A stretch of 63,988 nucleotides of DNA, filler included, from an uncultured bacterium (GCA_964371695.1; 4 parts of 4 records of this genome joined end to end with filler, not necessarily neighbours in it), one strand, 5' to 3'; numbered from the whole stretch's first letter, positions 9,982 to 20,806 are shown. Notes: a model not told the origin generated them from the sequence alone. Program-made: numbers and translations.

Positions 9982-10404
9982 TCAGGCCAGTCTGGCGGTG
10001 GTTTCGCGCAGGCGGTGGCTCAGGTCGGCCAAAAGCGAAAAGCTGATGTCGGGCCGTTCCTGAATCAGTCCCATCAGTACACGGCGCGAGAGCACCAGCA
10101 GGCGTCCGCCGGTGGCGGCGCGGGCGCTGGCGCTACGGGGGGTGTTTTCAAACAGGGCCATTTCGCCAAACGAAGCCCCCGGCCCCAGTTGGGCCAGCAC
10201 TGCGCCGTCTTTGGGGCGCAGCAGGTTGATGTCGCCTTCGGCCACCAGATACATCTCGTCACCAGCCTGGCCTTCTTCAAAGACAGACTCATCTGGCGAG
10301 ACGTGTTTTTCTTCAAGCAACTGGGCGAGTCGCAGCAGGTCTTCGGCGCTCAGGCGTTCAAACACCCTGACACGGGAAAGCGCTTCAAGACGTTCCAGCA
10401 GCAC
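9982..10404 (-). CDS. Stand-alone cyclic-nucleotide-binding domain protein
   Basis: VFEEGQAGDEMYLVAEG, LGPGASFGEMAL, PRSASARA. Confidence 0.9.
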   Translation of the reverse strand: MLLERLEALSRVRVFERLSAEDLLRLAQLLEEKHVSPDESVFEEGQAGDEMYLVAEGDINLLRPKDGAVLAQLGPGASFGEMALFENTPRSASARAATGGRLLVLSRRVLMGLIQERPDISFSLLADLSHRLRETTARLA

Positions 10405-10420
10405 GGCAGGATGTTAGCAC

Positions 10421-11266
10421 TCAACCGCCGATCAGCGGACTGTCCCAATGGGATTTGCCAATGCCGAAAATGCGGATGACCACCATGGTGCCTTCAAAAA
10501 GAACGGTGAGGGGAATCCACAACAGGAGCATGGAGAGGATGTCCGCCCCCGGCGTGAGCACCGCCCCCAGCGTGGCCAGAATGATGTAGACATAACCGCG
10601 TTTTCCGCTGATGGTTTTGGGTGAAAGAATGCCCAGCGACACCAGCCCCACCATCACGATGGGCATTTCAAACGCCGCGCCAAAAGAGAGCACAAAATTG
10701 AGCATGAAGCTCATGTAGCGCTCCAGCGTGAAGGTGATTTCAAACCCCTCGCCCTGGCCCACAAAAAACTGGAGCGCCATGGGGGCCACCAGAAAATGGC
10801 CAAAGGCGCAGCCCGACACAAACAGCACGCTGCCCACGGGAATCAACGTGAGGCCCATGCGCCGCTCTTTGCCATAAAGCCCCGGCGCGACAAACCGCCA
10901 CGCCTGATAGAGCCACACCGGGCAGGCCGCCACCAGGCCCGCCGTAAAGGCGATTTTCAGGTTGGCCAGAAACGCCTCCATGGGGGCTACCACCATGAGC
11001 TTTTTGTGGGTGAGGTTGGTGTAGGGCTGGGTGATGAACGCCTTGATGTCGTCCACGCGGGTCCAGGCTGCCACCGAGAGCAACACAATGGCCAGCAGGC
11101 TCCACATCAGGCGGATACGGAGTTCTTCCACGTGTTCCACCAGTGTGAATTCGCCGAAGTGGGCTTCGTGAGGATGTTCTTCTTCGTTGGCAGGGGGAGG
11201 CGCAGACGCCGGAGTTTCGGCGGTGCCCTTTGGTTTTTTAGCTCGTTTGAATTTGCCCCTTGCCAT
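10421..11266 (-). CDS. tatC: Twin-arginine translocase subunit TatC
   Basis: TLVEHVEELRIRL, YQAWRFVAPGLY, FEMPI, LTPGADILSM. Confidence 0.95.
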   Translation of the reverse strand: MARGKFKRAKKPKGTAETPASAPPPANEEEHPHEAHFGEFTLVEHVEELRIRLMWSLLAIVLLSVAAWTRVDDIKAFITQPYTNLTHKKLMVVAPMEAFLANLKIAFTAGLVAACPVWLYQAWRFVAPGLYGKERRMGLTLIPVGSVLFVSGCAFGHFLVAPMALQFFVGQGEGFEITFTLERYMSFMLNFVLSFGAAFEMPIVMVGLVSLGILSPKTISGKRGYVYIILATLGAVLTPGADILSMLLLWIPLTVLFEGTMVVIRIFGIGKSHWDSPLIGG

Positions 11267-11382
11267 GCGGTGTGCATATTAGCGAGGTCGCAACCAATGT
11301 GTAGGGTTGGCGCGGTGTCCCACGGTGTTTTGCCTGAACGGCGATGGAGACATCGCCGCTACGCCGGGAGACAGCCATCCAC

Positions 11383-13452
11383 TCAAAGTTTTTGGCGCAG
11401 AATTTGGGCCAGGGAATTGGGTGATACAGGTTTGGTGATGCTTTGCATGGCGGGTGACGGTGATGCACTGGCGGGCAGCGCACCAAGAATCAAAACCGGT
11501 AGCGCGGGAAACCGGCTGGTGTGATCACACAACCATCCGCACGTTTCAGGCCCCAGGGCGTCAGCGTCGGCCACGATGGCGGAGGGCATTGTTTGTGGCA
11601 GCGCGGTGGCGGCTTCTTCTGGCGACATGGGCCGGGATGAAAATCCTTCCTGCTTCAGCGGGTTTCCCAGCAGGGCGGCAAGTGTGGGAGAAAGCGCCAC
11701 CAGCCAGATTTCGCGGTTGGTGGGTGCGGGTGGTTCCGGTGGAGTGGGGGGAACCTCTGGTGTGGGTGGAGGCGGTGTTTCCTCCGGGTCTTCCATTACC
11801 GTTTTGATCCAGAGCTGGTGCAGCACGCGTTTCAGTCGGCCATCCGTTTTTTCGGGCGTTACATGGTGGGCCACCCAGCCCAGGGGCTGAAGGGTGTTGC
11901 GATAAAACAGGTCCACGGACTGGCCCGCAGCCACCGCCGCTGACAGCAGGCTCTGAATGTGGGGCCGGTCTTCGGTGTGGATTTTTTCGAGCCAGCCAGC
12001 GGGCTTGGCGCGTAGTTCGGCGGGTGCGATGCCCAGGGCCTCTTGCAGTCGCCCCTGCGTGAAGACCACGCCATTGCCGCCCGCTTCCACCACCCACAGG
12101 GCGTCCGCCGCCGACGAAATCAGCAGCGATTCAATGTCGGCGGGTTCGGGTGTGGGTGGGGGATATTCCGCATGGGGCGTTTCATGCGAAACAGTTTCCT
12201 CCCATGCCGCTTCTTCTGGGCTTTCTTGGTTGGCTGTCCATGTGCCTTCCTGGGGTTGGTCCGGCTCAAAACCCAGCGTGAAAAAAGTTTCCCGTTCATC
12301 TGATTCTGGTGAAGAAGTTTCCTGTCCGGCTTCTGGGTCAGAGATCGAAAGGGTTGGGGCTGGAACAAAAAACGGATCATGGGGCGTGACGTTTTGCAGG
12401 TCGAAGTTGCTCAAACCCGTGAAAGAGGCGACGGCGGGGGAGTCCATCACTGGAAAATCCGCCGCGCCTGCGGGGTGTTCCCAGGCGGCGGGTTCTGGAG
12501 CTGGAAAAAAATCGGTTTCATTTGCCGGGGCAGGGAAGTCTGCGGAGATAGTGTCCTCAAGTGAAAACACCTCGTGGTGAACAAAACCCGTGGAAGACGC
12601 CAGATGGGGGGCTGTGCCGCTGGCAGTGGGTTCGGGGGAAAACGTCGAAGGAAAAACGGGCTGGGGATATGGTTCTGGAAAAGGTGTTGTTTCCGCCTCT
12701 GGCAGAACCCTGGGCAGCGGTGGAGGCCTGTGTTCCTGCCACAAGGGTTCTTCTGACGAAAAGGCGGGAGGAGGCAGGTTTTCAACAGAAGACGCGCCCT
12801 GTGGGGGCATAAACCGGCTGGGTGTTGTCGGGGCAGTGGGCAACAACGATCCGAGCACCATCAGCAGCAGGCTGGCCGTGGCCGCCGCCGCCAGTGTGCC
12901 TATCCACAGGCGTTTTTGCGCCACCTGAAGATTTTCCTGCTGCTGGCGGTCCAGCGCCCGCAGGTTGTCATAAAGCTGTCCCAGACCCTTTTGGAGTTGA
13001 AGCACACGGCCTTCAAAACGGCTCTCGGCCATGGTGTTGCGCCACGAAAGATAAACCTGTGTGTCTCTGAGAATGGGCGAAACCCCCAGGCTTTGTGCCA
13101 GCGGCGTCAGGGCGTCAATCTGGGATTGCAGCGTGGCCCCCTGCGCCGACAGGGGTTTGGGCAACAGGGTGGTGAGCAGCGCCATGCGGCCCTTGAGCTG
13201 TTCGGCCTGCTGAAGCAGACCGGGGTCTTCCAGCTTGCCCAGAGCCAGATTGGTTTTCAGCACCTCGAGATAGAGCAGGGGGGTGTCGCGCTGCAGGGCG
13301 CGCACTTCTTCCATCACGGTGGCCAGTTTCTGGCGTTCCTGCTGGCGGGTTCGGGTCAGGCCCTGGGATTGTTGGCCATAACCTGAAAGCAGGCCAAAAC
13401 ACACCAGGGCGGTGGCGGCGATCATGAGCAGTGTTTGTGTGCGGGGGGTCAT
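11383..13452 (-). CDS. Membrane-anchored protein with acidic Pro-rich linker, PAS domain and degenerate receiver-like domain
   Basis: Two TM segments; PAS-like WLEKIHTEDR; C-terminal IWLVA...PSAIVAD...PVLIL...ITKPVSPNSL; start uncertain. Confidence 0.6.
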   Translation of the reverse strand: MTPRTQTLLMIAATALVCFGLLSGYGQQSQGLTRTRQQERQKLATVMEEVRALQRDTPLLYLEVLKTNLALGKLEDPGLLQQAEQLKGRMALLTTLLPKPLSAQGATLQSQIDALTPLAQSLGVSPILRDTQVYLSWRNTMAESRFEGRVLQLQKGLGQLYDNLRALDRQQQENLQVAQKRLWIGTLAAAATASLLLMVLGSLLPTAPTTPSRFMPPQGASSVENLPPPAFSSEEPLWQEHRPPPLPRVLPEAETTPFPEPYPQPVFPSTFSPEPTASGTAPHLASSTGFVHHEVFSLEDTISADFPAPANETDFFPAPEPAAWEHPAGAADFPVMDSPAVASFTGLSNFDLQNVTPHDPFFVPAPTLSISDPEAGQETSSPESDERETFFTLGFEPDQPQEGTWTANQESPEEAAWEETVSHETPHAEYPPPTPEPADIESLLISSAADALWVVEAGGNGVVFTQGRLQEALGIAPAELRAKPAGWLEKIHTEDRPHIQSLLSAAVAAGQSVDLFYRNTLQPLGWVAHHVTPEKTDGRLKRVLHQLWIKTVMEDPEETPPPPTPEVPPTPPEPPAPTNREIWLVALSPTLAALLGNPLKQEGFSSRPMSPEEAATALPQTMPSAIVADADALGPETCGWLCDHTSRFPALPVLILGALPASASPSPAMQSITKPVSPNSLAQILRQKL

Positions 13453-13567
13453 GAAAACAGGGCAAAAATACAGGCGGGATTGTATGGGCGTGGCTTGGGT
13501 CCATGGTGGTTTTTCCCTGGCATCAATTCCCACGAACTAATGTTTACTTGATTAGAATCTCTTGCTC

Positions 13568-16500
13568 ATGGGGTTTGTCCACCTGCACAACCATTCCGAA
13601 TACAGCCTGCTGGACAGCACAGTGAGGTTGAAGGATTTGATGGCCCGTTGTCAGCAGACAGGCCAGCCCGCCGTGGCGCTGACCGATCACGGCACCATGG
13701 CCGGTTATCTCAAGTTCATCACCGAAGCCCGTGCGGCGGACATCAACCCCATTGTGGGCTGCGAGTTTTACATGGCCGAGCACAGCGCCAGAGATCGCGA
13801 TGAAACCCACAAGATTTTTCACCTCGTGCTGCTGGCCAAAAACAAAAAGGGGCTTGATAACCTGGTGGCCCTCAGCAGCCGTTCTTTTATGGAGGGGTTC
13901 TATCGCAAGCCCCGCATAGACAAACAGATGATCGCCGAACACCGGGAAGGGCTGGTGTGTCTCTCGGCTTGCCTCAACGGCGAGGTGAACTTTCTGCTGC
14001 GGCAGGGTGAAACGGCACGGGCCGAGGCCTCCTTTGACTGGTACAGCAAAACCTTTGGGGACGATTTTTTTGTGGAGCTGCACAACCACGGCATGAAGGA
14101 AGAAGAACAGGCCCGCCGTCTGCTCACCGAGGCGGCCCGGTCCTTGGGCCTGCCCCTCGTGGCCACCAACGACATCCATTATCTGAACGCCCAGGACGTG
14201 CCCGCCCACGAAGCCAAGCTGGCCATCCAGACCCAATCCTTTCTCGACGACGAAAAACGCTTCCGGTTTGATTCCGCCGAGTTTTATTTCAAGACCGAAG
14301 AAGAAATGTCGCCTCTGTTCCCTGAAACCCCAGAGGCGATAGGGAACACCATGGAGGTGGCCAGCCGCATCAACCTGGAAAAATCCGGCGGCGAGCGGGT
14401 GTATTACTTTCCCCGGTTCACCAGTGATGTGCCCACCGAAACCGAAGACCAGACCTTTGACCGCCTGTGTGGGCAGGGGCTGGTGAGCCGTTATGGTGAA
14501 AATCACACAGACGCCCAGGCGCGGCTGGACATGGAATCCTCCATCATCAAGTCCATGGGTTTTGTCGGGTATTTTTTGATTTTGTGGGACGTGGTGAGGG
14601 CGGCGCGGGAGAAGGACATTTATGTCGGGCCGGGGCGCGGCAGCGCGGCGGGCAGCATTGTGGCCTATGTGCTGGGCATTACAGACGTGGATCCGTTGCG
14701 TTACAACCTGCTGTTTGAGCGCTTTTTGAACCCCGAACGCGTGAGCATGCCCGACATTGACATGGATTTTGAAGACAGCCGCCGCCGTGAGGTTTTTGAA
14801 TACACCAGCCAGAAATATGGTGAAGACAACGTGGCGCAGATTTCCACCTTCGCCACCATGAAAACCAAGGCGGTGATCAAAGACGTGGGCCGTGTGCTGC
14901 GCATTCCCTATGCCAAGATGGACGCCTTCATCAAGGCCATTCCGCAGGATGCCATTGACGAAAAAAAATCACTGGAAGAAATGCTGGCCAAGGCGCCGGA
15001 CGCCCTGCGCATGACGCAGGAAGACCCGGACCTGAAAAAGATTTTCACCCTGGCCGGGCCGCTGAAGGGTCTCAGCCGCACCCAGTCGGTTCATGCGGCG
15101 GGGGTGGTGATTGGCGACGGGCATTTGCCCCAGCTGGCCCCGTTGTGTCTGGCCAAGGGCGACACCTTCACCCGCTACACCACCCAGGTGAGCATGGAAG
15201 ACGTCGAGGCCCTGGGGCTGGTGAAGATGGATTTTCTGGGCATCCGCACGCTCACCGTGCTCAAGGATTCCCTGCGCATGGTGAGCGATAAATCAGGCAA
15301 GCCCCTCACCGTTCACGACATTCCCCTGGATGATCCCGAAACCTACAAACTCTTCCGCGAAGCGCGCACCGACGGCATCTTCCAGTTCGAGTCTGAGGGC
15401 ATGCGCAAACTGCTGCGCGAGACCCGCCCCACCAGCGTGGAGCAACTCACGGCCCTCAACGCCCTGTTTCGCCCTGGCCCCCTCGACAGCGGCATGACCG
15501 AAGACTTCGCCCAGCTCATTCAGGGCCGCAAAAAAGTTGTTTTTCTGCACCCGGACGTGGAAGACATCCTGAAAGAAACCTTTGGCGTGATCGTGTATCA
15601 GGAGCAGGTGATGCAGATCGGCAACCGCCTTGCGCAGATGTCCCTGGGGCAGGTGGACATCATGCGCCGCGCCATGGGCAAGAAGAAAAAAGAAGAGATG
15701 GACAAGGTGCGCGGCATGTTTGTGGAAGGATGCGTAAACAACCGCGAGACCAAGCACCCCATCACCGCCAAAAAAGCTGAAGAAATTTTTGACCTCCTCG
15801 AAAAATTCGCCGGTTACGGTTTCAACAAGTCCCACAGCGTGAGCTACGCCATCCTGGCCGCCCAGACCGCCTGGGTGAAGGCCCACCACCCGCAGGAATA
15901 CATGGCGGCGCTGCTGAACAGCTACATGGACAAACGCGACGACCTGAAGGCTTATGTGTCGGGTTTGGGAGAAGACAACCTGCGCCTGATGCCGCCTCAC
16001 GTCAACCATTCGGCTCTCTATTTTTACCCGGAAGAACAGGGCATCCGTTATGGCTTGGCGGGCATCAAACACGTGGGCGAAGCGGCCAGTGAGGCGCTTT
16101 TGCGGGCGCGCAGCAGCGGCGGGCCGTTCAAGGATCTGGAAGACCTGCTGCTGCGGGTGGACATGGGCACGGTGAATAAAAAGACTGTCGAAAGCCTGCT
16201 GAAGTCGGGCGCGCTGGAGGGTCTGCGGGGCCACGCCGCCCAGTGGCTGAATGCGCTGGATAACCTGTTCAATCATGTGCAGGGGGTGCGCACGGCCCGC
16301 GACCGGGCCAAGGACAGCCTGTTTGGCGACGACGACATTGCCCCACCGCCCGCGTTCAGTTTGCCAGAGGCCCCGGTCATGCCGCTGATGGAGCGCCTGG
16401 AACACGAAGAAGAACTGCTGGGTCTGTTTGTGAGCGGCCACCCGCTGGATGAATACGAAGACACCTTAAGCCGTGTGCCCCACCGCAAGATTGCCGAGTT

Positions 16501-17053
16501 GCACCGCTCCACACACGCCGACCTGCCCGCGGGCACGGTGGTGACGGTGGCGGGGCTGGTGGCGTCGGTGAATCACAAAACCACGCGCTCAGGCAAGGGC
16601 ATTGCTTTTGTGCAGCTTGAAGACGCCACCGGAAAACTGGAATGCCCGGTGTTCACCGAGGTCTATGCCCAGCACAAAGAAAAACTGGAGCGCAAAAACC
16701 TGCTGAAAATCACCGGCAAGGTGGGCTACAAACAGGCTTTTCAGGCCGATGACGACGCCCCGCCCATGCCCCAGGTGATCGCCGATAACATCGAACTGCT
16801 CAAACACGAGGACAAACCCCCCGTGGCCCTGGTGCTGGAAATCACGCCTTTTGTTTCAGAAGAAGAACTGAACGAACTGCTGGGTGAACTGGCGCGGCAC
16901 CCGGGTCAGGGGCAGGTGGTGCTTCAGGTGGTTTCTGACGGGCCGCTGCGCCGTGTGCGGTTGCCCCGCGAGCAGGTGAGCGTGGCCCTGAGTCAGGACA
17001 CCCGCAAGACGCTCCTGGCCAAACACCTGTGCAGCGCGGTGTATTTTGAATAA
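13568..17053 (+). CDS. dnaE: DNA polymerase III alpha subunit
   Basis: FVHLHNHSEYSLLD PHP motif, GPGRGSAAGS, SMPDIDMDF, FAGYGFNKSH, C-terminal OB fold. Confidence 0.98.
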   Translation: MGFVHLHNHSEYSLLDSTVRLKDLMARCQQTGQPAVALTDHGTMAGYLKFITEARAADINPIVGCEFYMAEHSARDRDETHKIFHLVLLAKNKKGLDNLVALSSRSFMEGFYRKPRIDKQMIAEHREGLVCLSACLNGEVNFLLRQGETARAEASFDWYSKTFGDDFFVELHNHGMKEEEQARRLLTEAARSLGLPLVATNDIHYLNAQDVPAHEAKLAIQTQSFLDDEKRFRFDSAEFYFKTEEEMSPLFPETPEAIGNTMEVASRINLEKSGGERVYYFPRFTSDVPTETEDQTFDRLCGQGLVSRYGENHTDAQARLDMESSIIKSMGFVGYFLILWDVVRAAREKDIYVGPGRGSAAGSIVAYVLGITDVDPLRYNLLFERFLNPERVSMPDIDMDFEDSRRREVFEYTSQKYGEDNVAQISTFATMKTKAVIKDVGRVLRIPYAKMDAFIKAIPQDAIDEKKSLEEMLAKAPDALRMTQEDPDLKKIFTLAGPLKGLSRTQSVHAAGVVIGDGHLPQLAPLCLAKGDTFTRYTTQVSMEDVEALGLVKMDFLGIRTLTVLKDSLRMVSDKSGKPLTVHDIPLDDPETYKLFREARTDGIFQFESEGMRKLLRETRPTSVEQLTALNALFRPGPLDSGMTEDFAQLIQGRKKVVFLHPDVEDILKETFGVIVYQEQVMQIGNRLAQMSLGQVDIMRRAMGKKKKEEMDKVRGMFVEGCVNNRETKHPITAKKAEEIFDLLEKFAGYGFNKSHSVSYAILAAQTAWVKAHHPQEYMAALLNSYMDKRDDLKAYVSGLGEDNLRLMPPHVNHSALYFYPEEQGIRYGLAGIKHVGEAASEALLRARSSGGPFKDLEDLLLRVDMGTVNKKTVESLLKSGALEGLRGHAAQWLNALDNLFNHVQGVRTARDRAKDSLFGDDDIAPPPAFSLPEAPVMPLMERLEHEEELLGLFVSGHPLDEYEDTLSRVPHRKIAELHRSTHADLPAGTVVTVAGLVASVNHKTTRSGKGIAFVQLEDATGKLECPVFTEVYAQHKEKLERKNLLKITGKVGYKQAFQADDDAPPMPQVIADNIELLKHEDKPPVALVLEITPFVSEEELNELLGELARHPGQGQVVLQVVSDGPLRRVRLPREQVSVALSQDTRKTLLAKHLCSAVYFE

Positions 17054-17059
17054 CCGGTT

Positions 17060-18887
17060 TTGACAACACGCGCTTCCACATCTGTCTGCGCCCACTGCGG
17101 CTTGCCCGTGCGCCAGGGCCGGGTGCAGGAGGCTGGGCCGCAGTTCTGTTGCCTGGGATGCGCGCTGGCGTTTGATGTGTCGGGCGGCGCGGCGGCGGGT
17201 GAGGTGCAGGGGCTTTCCGCCGCCAACCTGTTGCAGGCCCGGTTGTTCCTGAGCGGTTTTTTCGCCATGAACCTCATGATTTTCGCCACGGTGAATTACG
17301 CCCGGCATCTTTATCCCCAGGCCATGGCCGAGGAGGCCCGCCTGTGGGCGGCCTTTGATAACCTCATCAACTGGATCACCCTGTTGTTCACCCTGCCCAT
17401 CGTGGCGCTGCTTTTGCCGCCCATGATCCAGAACGCCCTGCGGGCCATGCGCGCCCGGCGGGCCGATGCCGACTATCTGGTGGTGCTGGCGGTGTTGAGT
17501 GCCCTGGGGTTGTCACTCGCCAGCACCCTGTTGGGGCGTGGGCCGGTGTATTTCGAAAGCGTGGGCCTGCTGCTGGTGCTGATTACGCTGGGGCGGTTGT
17601 GGGAGGCCCGTTTCAGGGTGCAGACCCTGCGCCGCCTCAAATCCCTCACCAGCGCCCACACCGAAACCCTCACGGTGGAAACAGGTGACGGCGCAGACAC
17701 CGGCCTCACCGAAAAACCCTTGACCGAAATCACCCCCGGCATGGTGGTGCATGTGGGGCAGGGGCAGACGCTTTTTGTGGATGGCGTGCTGGAACAGGGC
17801 GACCTGCTGGTGGACAAAAGCGTGTCCACCGGCGAGAGCCACCCCGTGGCCGTGGCGGTGGGTGAAGAACTGGTTGCCTTGGTGAAGGTGTTGCACGGCG
17901 CGGGACGCCTGCGGGTGACGCGGGTGGGCGAAGACAGTTTCGCCGGGCGCATGGCGTGCCTGATTTCGCAGGCCGAGCAGACCCGCACCCGTGGCCAGCG
18001 CATGTTGGAACAACTGGCCTCCTGGTTCACACCGCTGTTATTGCTGCTGGGGCTGGGGGCGTTTTTTTTCAGACTGCCGACGGGGCTGGGGCCAGCCGCC
18101 CAGGCCATGCTCAGCGTGTGGCTGGTGGGCTGCCCTTGCGCGCTCACGCTGGCCACGCCCCTGGCGCTGGCGGGTGTGCTGGGGGCGCTGGCCCAGCGGG
18201 GTGTGCTGATCAGGGACATGGAAGTGCTGGAGGATCTGAACACCATCAAGGCCGTGTTTCTGGATAAAACCCGCACCCTCACGCGTTTTGAGCCGGTGAT
18301 CAGGCAAAGCTGGTTTCATGGGATTTCTGAAGAAATGGCTGCTGTGCTGACCCGCTCGGTAGAGGCGGGCGCGAGTCACCCGCTGGCGGCGGTGTTGCGC
18401 AGCGCCCTCAAGGGAGAGGTGTTTGCCGTGACGCAGATCACCGAACACGCGGCGCGGGGGCTGGCGGCCCGTGTGTTGCTGCCCCAGGGGGAGACCCCGG
18501 TGTTGCTGGGGGCGGTGGATTTTGTGTTGCCGCCAGAGCACAACCAGGCCCGGCAGGCCGCCAGTGAAATGGCCGCTACGGGCCTGCGTGTGGTGGCGGG
18601 GCGCGCCGGTGACGGCGTCTGGTTATATGGTTTGGGCGAAACGCTGCATCCCCACGCCCAGGCGGTGGTGGACACCCTTAAACAACAGGGGTTGCCGGTG
18701 GTGATTTTGAGTGGCGACGACCCGGCGCGGGTGCAGGATTTGGCCCGTGGCCTGGGCATTGGGGCAGAGGGTGCGCTCACGGCGCAGGACAAAATGGCCC
18801 GTGTGCAGGCTGCGGGTGTGCCCGCCCTGATGGTGGGGGACGGCCTGAACGACGCCGTGGCGCTCAAGGCCGCCCGGGTGGGGGTGG
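17060..18887 (+). CDS. Heavy-metal P1B-type ATPase (CcoI/FixI-like), truncated at contig end
   Basis: CAHC...FCCLGC N-terminus, TGES, CPC, DKT(R)TLT, HP, GDGLND. Confidence 0.85.
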
Positions 18888-18987
18888 NNNNNNNNNNNNN
18901 NNNNNNNNNNNNNNNNNNNNNNNNNNNNNNNTTAATTAATTAANNNNNNNNNNNNNNNNNNNNNNNNNNNNNNNNNNNNNNNNNNNN
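18888..18987. other. Artificial contig linker
   Basis: N runs flanking TTAATTAATTAA. Confidence 0.98.
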
Positions 18988-19129
18988 CCTCCACCGTCAC
19001 CGCGCCGTTTTCCTGCCAATACACGGGGCTGTCCTCATAGGCGCGCACACCGGCGGCCCACAACACCAACACCAACGCCGCCGCTGCGGCCCGCCAGCGG
19101 CTTGAGTTCGAAGAAAGAAAAAGGAGCAT
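18988..19129 (-). CDS. Partial exported protein (5' end only)
   Basis: Signal-peptide-like AAAAALVLVLWAAGVRA; ATG 6 nt after TATACT; runs into the gap. Confidence 0.55.
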
Positions 19130-19217
19130 GGCGGAAGTATAGAACCCTCTCAAAAGTCCAGGACGGACTTTTGAGATGAATACATGCTTTTGCAAGGAGG
19201 GCTCAAGCAGGCGGATA

Positions 19218-19523
19218 ATGCGGGTTGTGGAAATCCTCAAGGAACTTCTGGCGCTGCCCTTTGTCAACTATGCCCTGATGTCGGTGGCCTGTTTCGCCCT
19301 GGGGGGCGGACTGGCCTGGGTGGCGGCGGTGTTGTTGCAGGCGGTGCGCAAACGGCTGGTGCGCTACGGCAAAAACAATCTGCAGGGGGCCATGAACCTG
19401 CCCGGCGTGGCGCCGCTGGCGGCGGGGGCAGGTGTGGCGGGGGTCTGCGCCGGGGGGCTTCTCGCCGCCACGCTGGTGTATGTGTTTTTGTTTGCCACCC
19501 ACCTCAAGTCGCCGTTTGGTTAA
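19218..19523 (+). CDS. Small two-TM membrane protein
   Basis: Two hydrophobic stretches; host-like codon usage; start uncertain. Confidence 0.55.
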   Translation: MRVVEILKELLALPFVNYALMSVACFALGGGLAWVAAVLLQAVRKRLVRYGKNNLQGAMNLPGVAPLAAGAGVAGVCAGGLLAATLVYVFLFATHLKSPFG

Positions 19524-19619
19524 ACCATTTAGATTCACCCCCCTTATAATCACGCCCCTTCGCTGCCGGGCACGGGTTTGGGCGGCGTTATAATCCCTCA
19601 CCACCGAAAGGCCAGCCTC

Positions 19620-20591
19620 ATGACACTTCGCATCGCCACGCGGCAAAGCCCGCTCGCCCTGGCCCAGTGCGCACTGGTTCAGGACGCATTGAAAAAACAT
19701 CACCCTGGCCTGACGCTGGAAGTTGTCCCCATGGACAGCGCCGCCGACGAGGCCGCCGGGGCGCGCATCGCCAGCTTTGGTCAGGAGGGTGTGTTTGTGA
19801 AGGCGCTGGAAGAAGCCCTGCTCGGCGGCAAGGCCGACATCGCCGTACACAGCCTGAAGGACGTGCCCACCACGCTGGACGCCGCCCTGATGCTGGGGGC
19901 CTATCTGGAAGGCGAAGACCCCCGCGACGCGCTGGTGGCCAAAGACCCCGCCGCCATTCTCAATAACCCCCAGGGCAAACGCATCGGCACCAGCAGCCTG
20001 CGCCGCAAGGCTTTTCTGGGCCGGGCTCTGCCAGGGCTGGTGGTGGAAGACCTGCGGGGCAACCTGAACACGCGCCTGGAAAAAGCCCTGAGCGGCGAGT
20101 TGGACGGCGTGGTGGTGGCCCTGGCAGGCCTCAAACGCCTGGGGCGCGCGGACGTGCCCCATCACGTGTTTTCAGAAACCGAACTGCCCCCGGCGGTGGG
20201 TCAGGGGGTGATTGCCGTGCAGTGCCGCACGAACGACGCCAAAACTCTGGCCCTGCTGGCGCCCCTCAATCACCTGCCCACGGCGCAGAAGTCCCGCGCC
20301 GCCCGCGAGTTTCTGCGGGACATTCAGGGGGGCTGTCTGGTGCCCGCCGGTGTGCGGGCCTCTTTTGTGGAAGACGGCCTGGACCTGCTGCTGGAAGCCT
20401 GGGTGTCCTCGCCAGAGGGCGACCTGCTGGCCCACGGCAGCCACGCCCAGCGCAAAGAAGCCCCCGAGGCCATCGGCAGCATTCTGGCGAGCCGCCTGTG
20501 GCAACACGGCGCACGGCAAATCATCAACCGCCTGCGCGGCGTGGAAGACAACCCCGACGAAGGAGACAGCGCGATTGAACCGTCGGGTTAA
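19620..20591 (+). CDS. hemC: Hydroxymethylbilane synthase
   Basis: LRIATRQSPLALAQ, AVHSLKDVP, GTSSLRR, LRGNLNTRL, GGCLVP. Confidence 0.97.
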   Translation: MTLRIATRQSPLALAQCALVQDALKKHHPGLTLEVVPMDSAADEAAGARIASFGQEGVFVKALEEALLGGKADIAVHSLKDVPTTLDAALMLGAYLEGEDPRDALVAKDPAAILNNPQGKRIGTSSLRRKAFLGRALPGLVVEDLRGNLNTRLEKALSGELDGVVVALAGLKRLGRADVPHHVFSETELPPAVGQGVIAVQCRTNDAKTLALLAPLNHLPTAQKSRAAREFLRDIQGGCLVPAGVRASFVEDGLDLLLEAWVSSPEGDLLAHGSHAQRKEAPEAIGSILASRLWQHGARQIINRLRGVEDNPDEGDSAIEPSG

Positions 20592-20806
20592 TACAAAATT
20601 TATTTCAAGACAACAACGGCTTGGGTGTGCAGCACAAGGAACGCGCTTGGCTTACATTGGGTTTGCCGGTTTCGTCCATGAAACCTTGCAAACAACGCCG
20701 CACGCTTCAGCCCAACCCATAAAAAACGGCTGGCTTGCGAGGTTTTCGGATTTAAAGCACGCTTTTTGGCAAGACCCTGCTTCGCTGAAGCGGCGGCGGG
20801 AACGGC

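Noticed and set aside
13568-17053. Intein in dnaE
   Set aside because: Length is typical and no splice-junction or homing endonuclease motifs are evident.
18888-18987. TTAATTAATTAA palindrome within N runs (also 37494-37593 and 55809-55908)
   Set aside because: Artificial contig joiner; ORFs crossing it and gene adjacencies across it are not biological.
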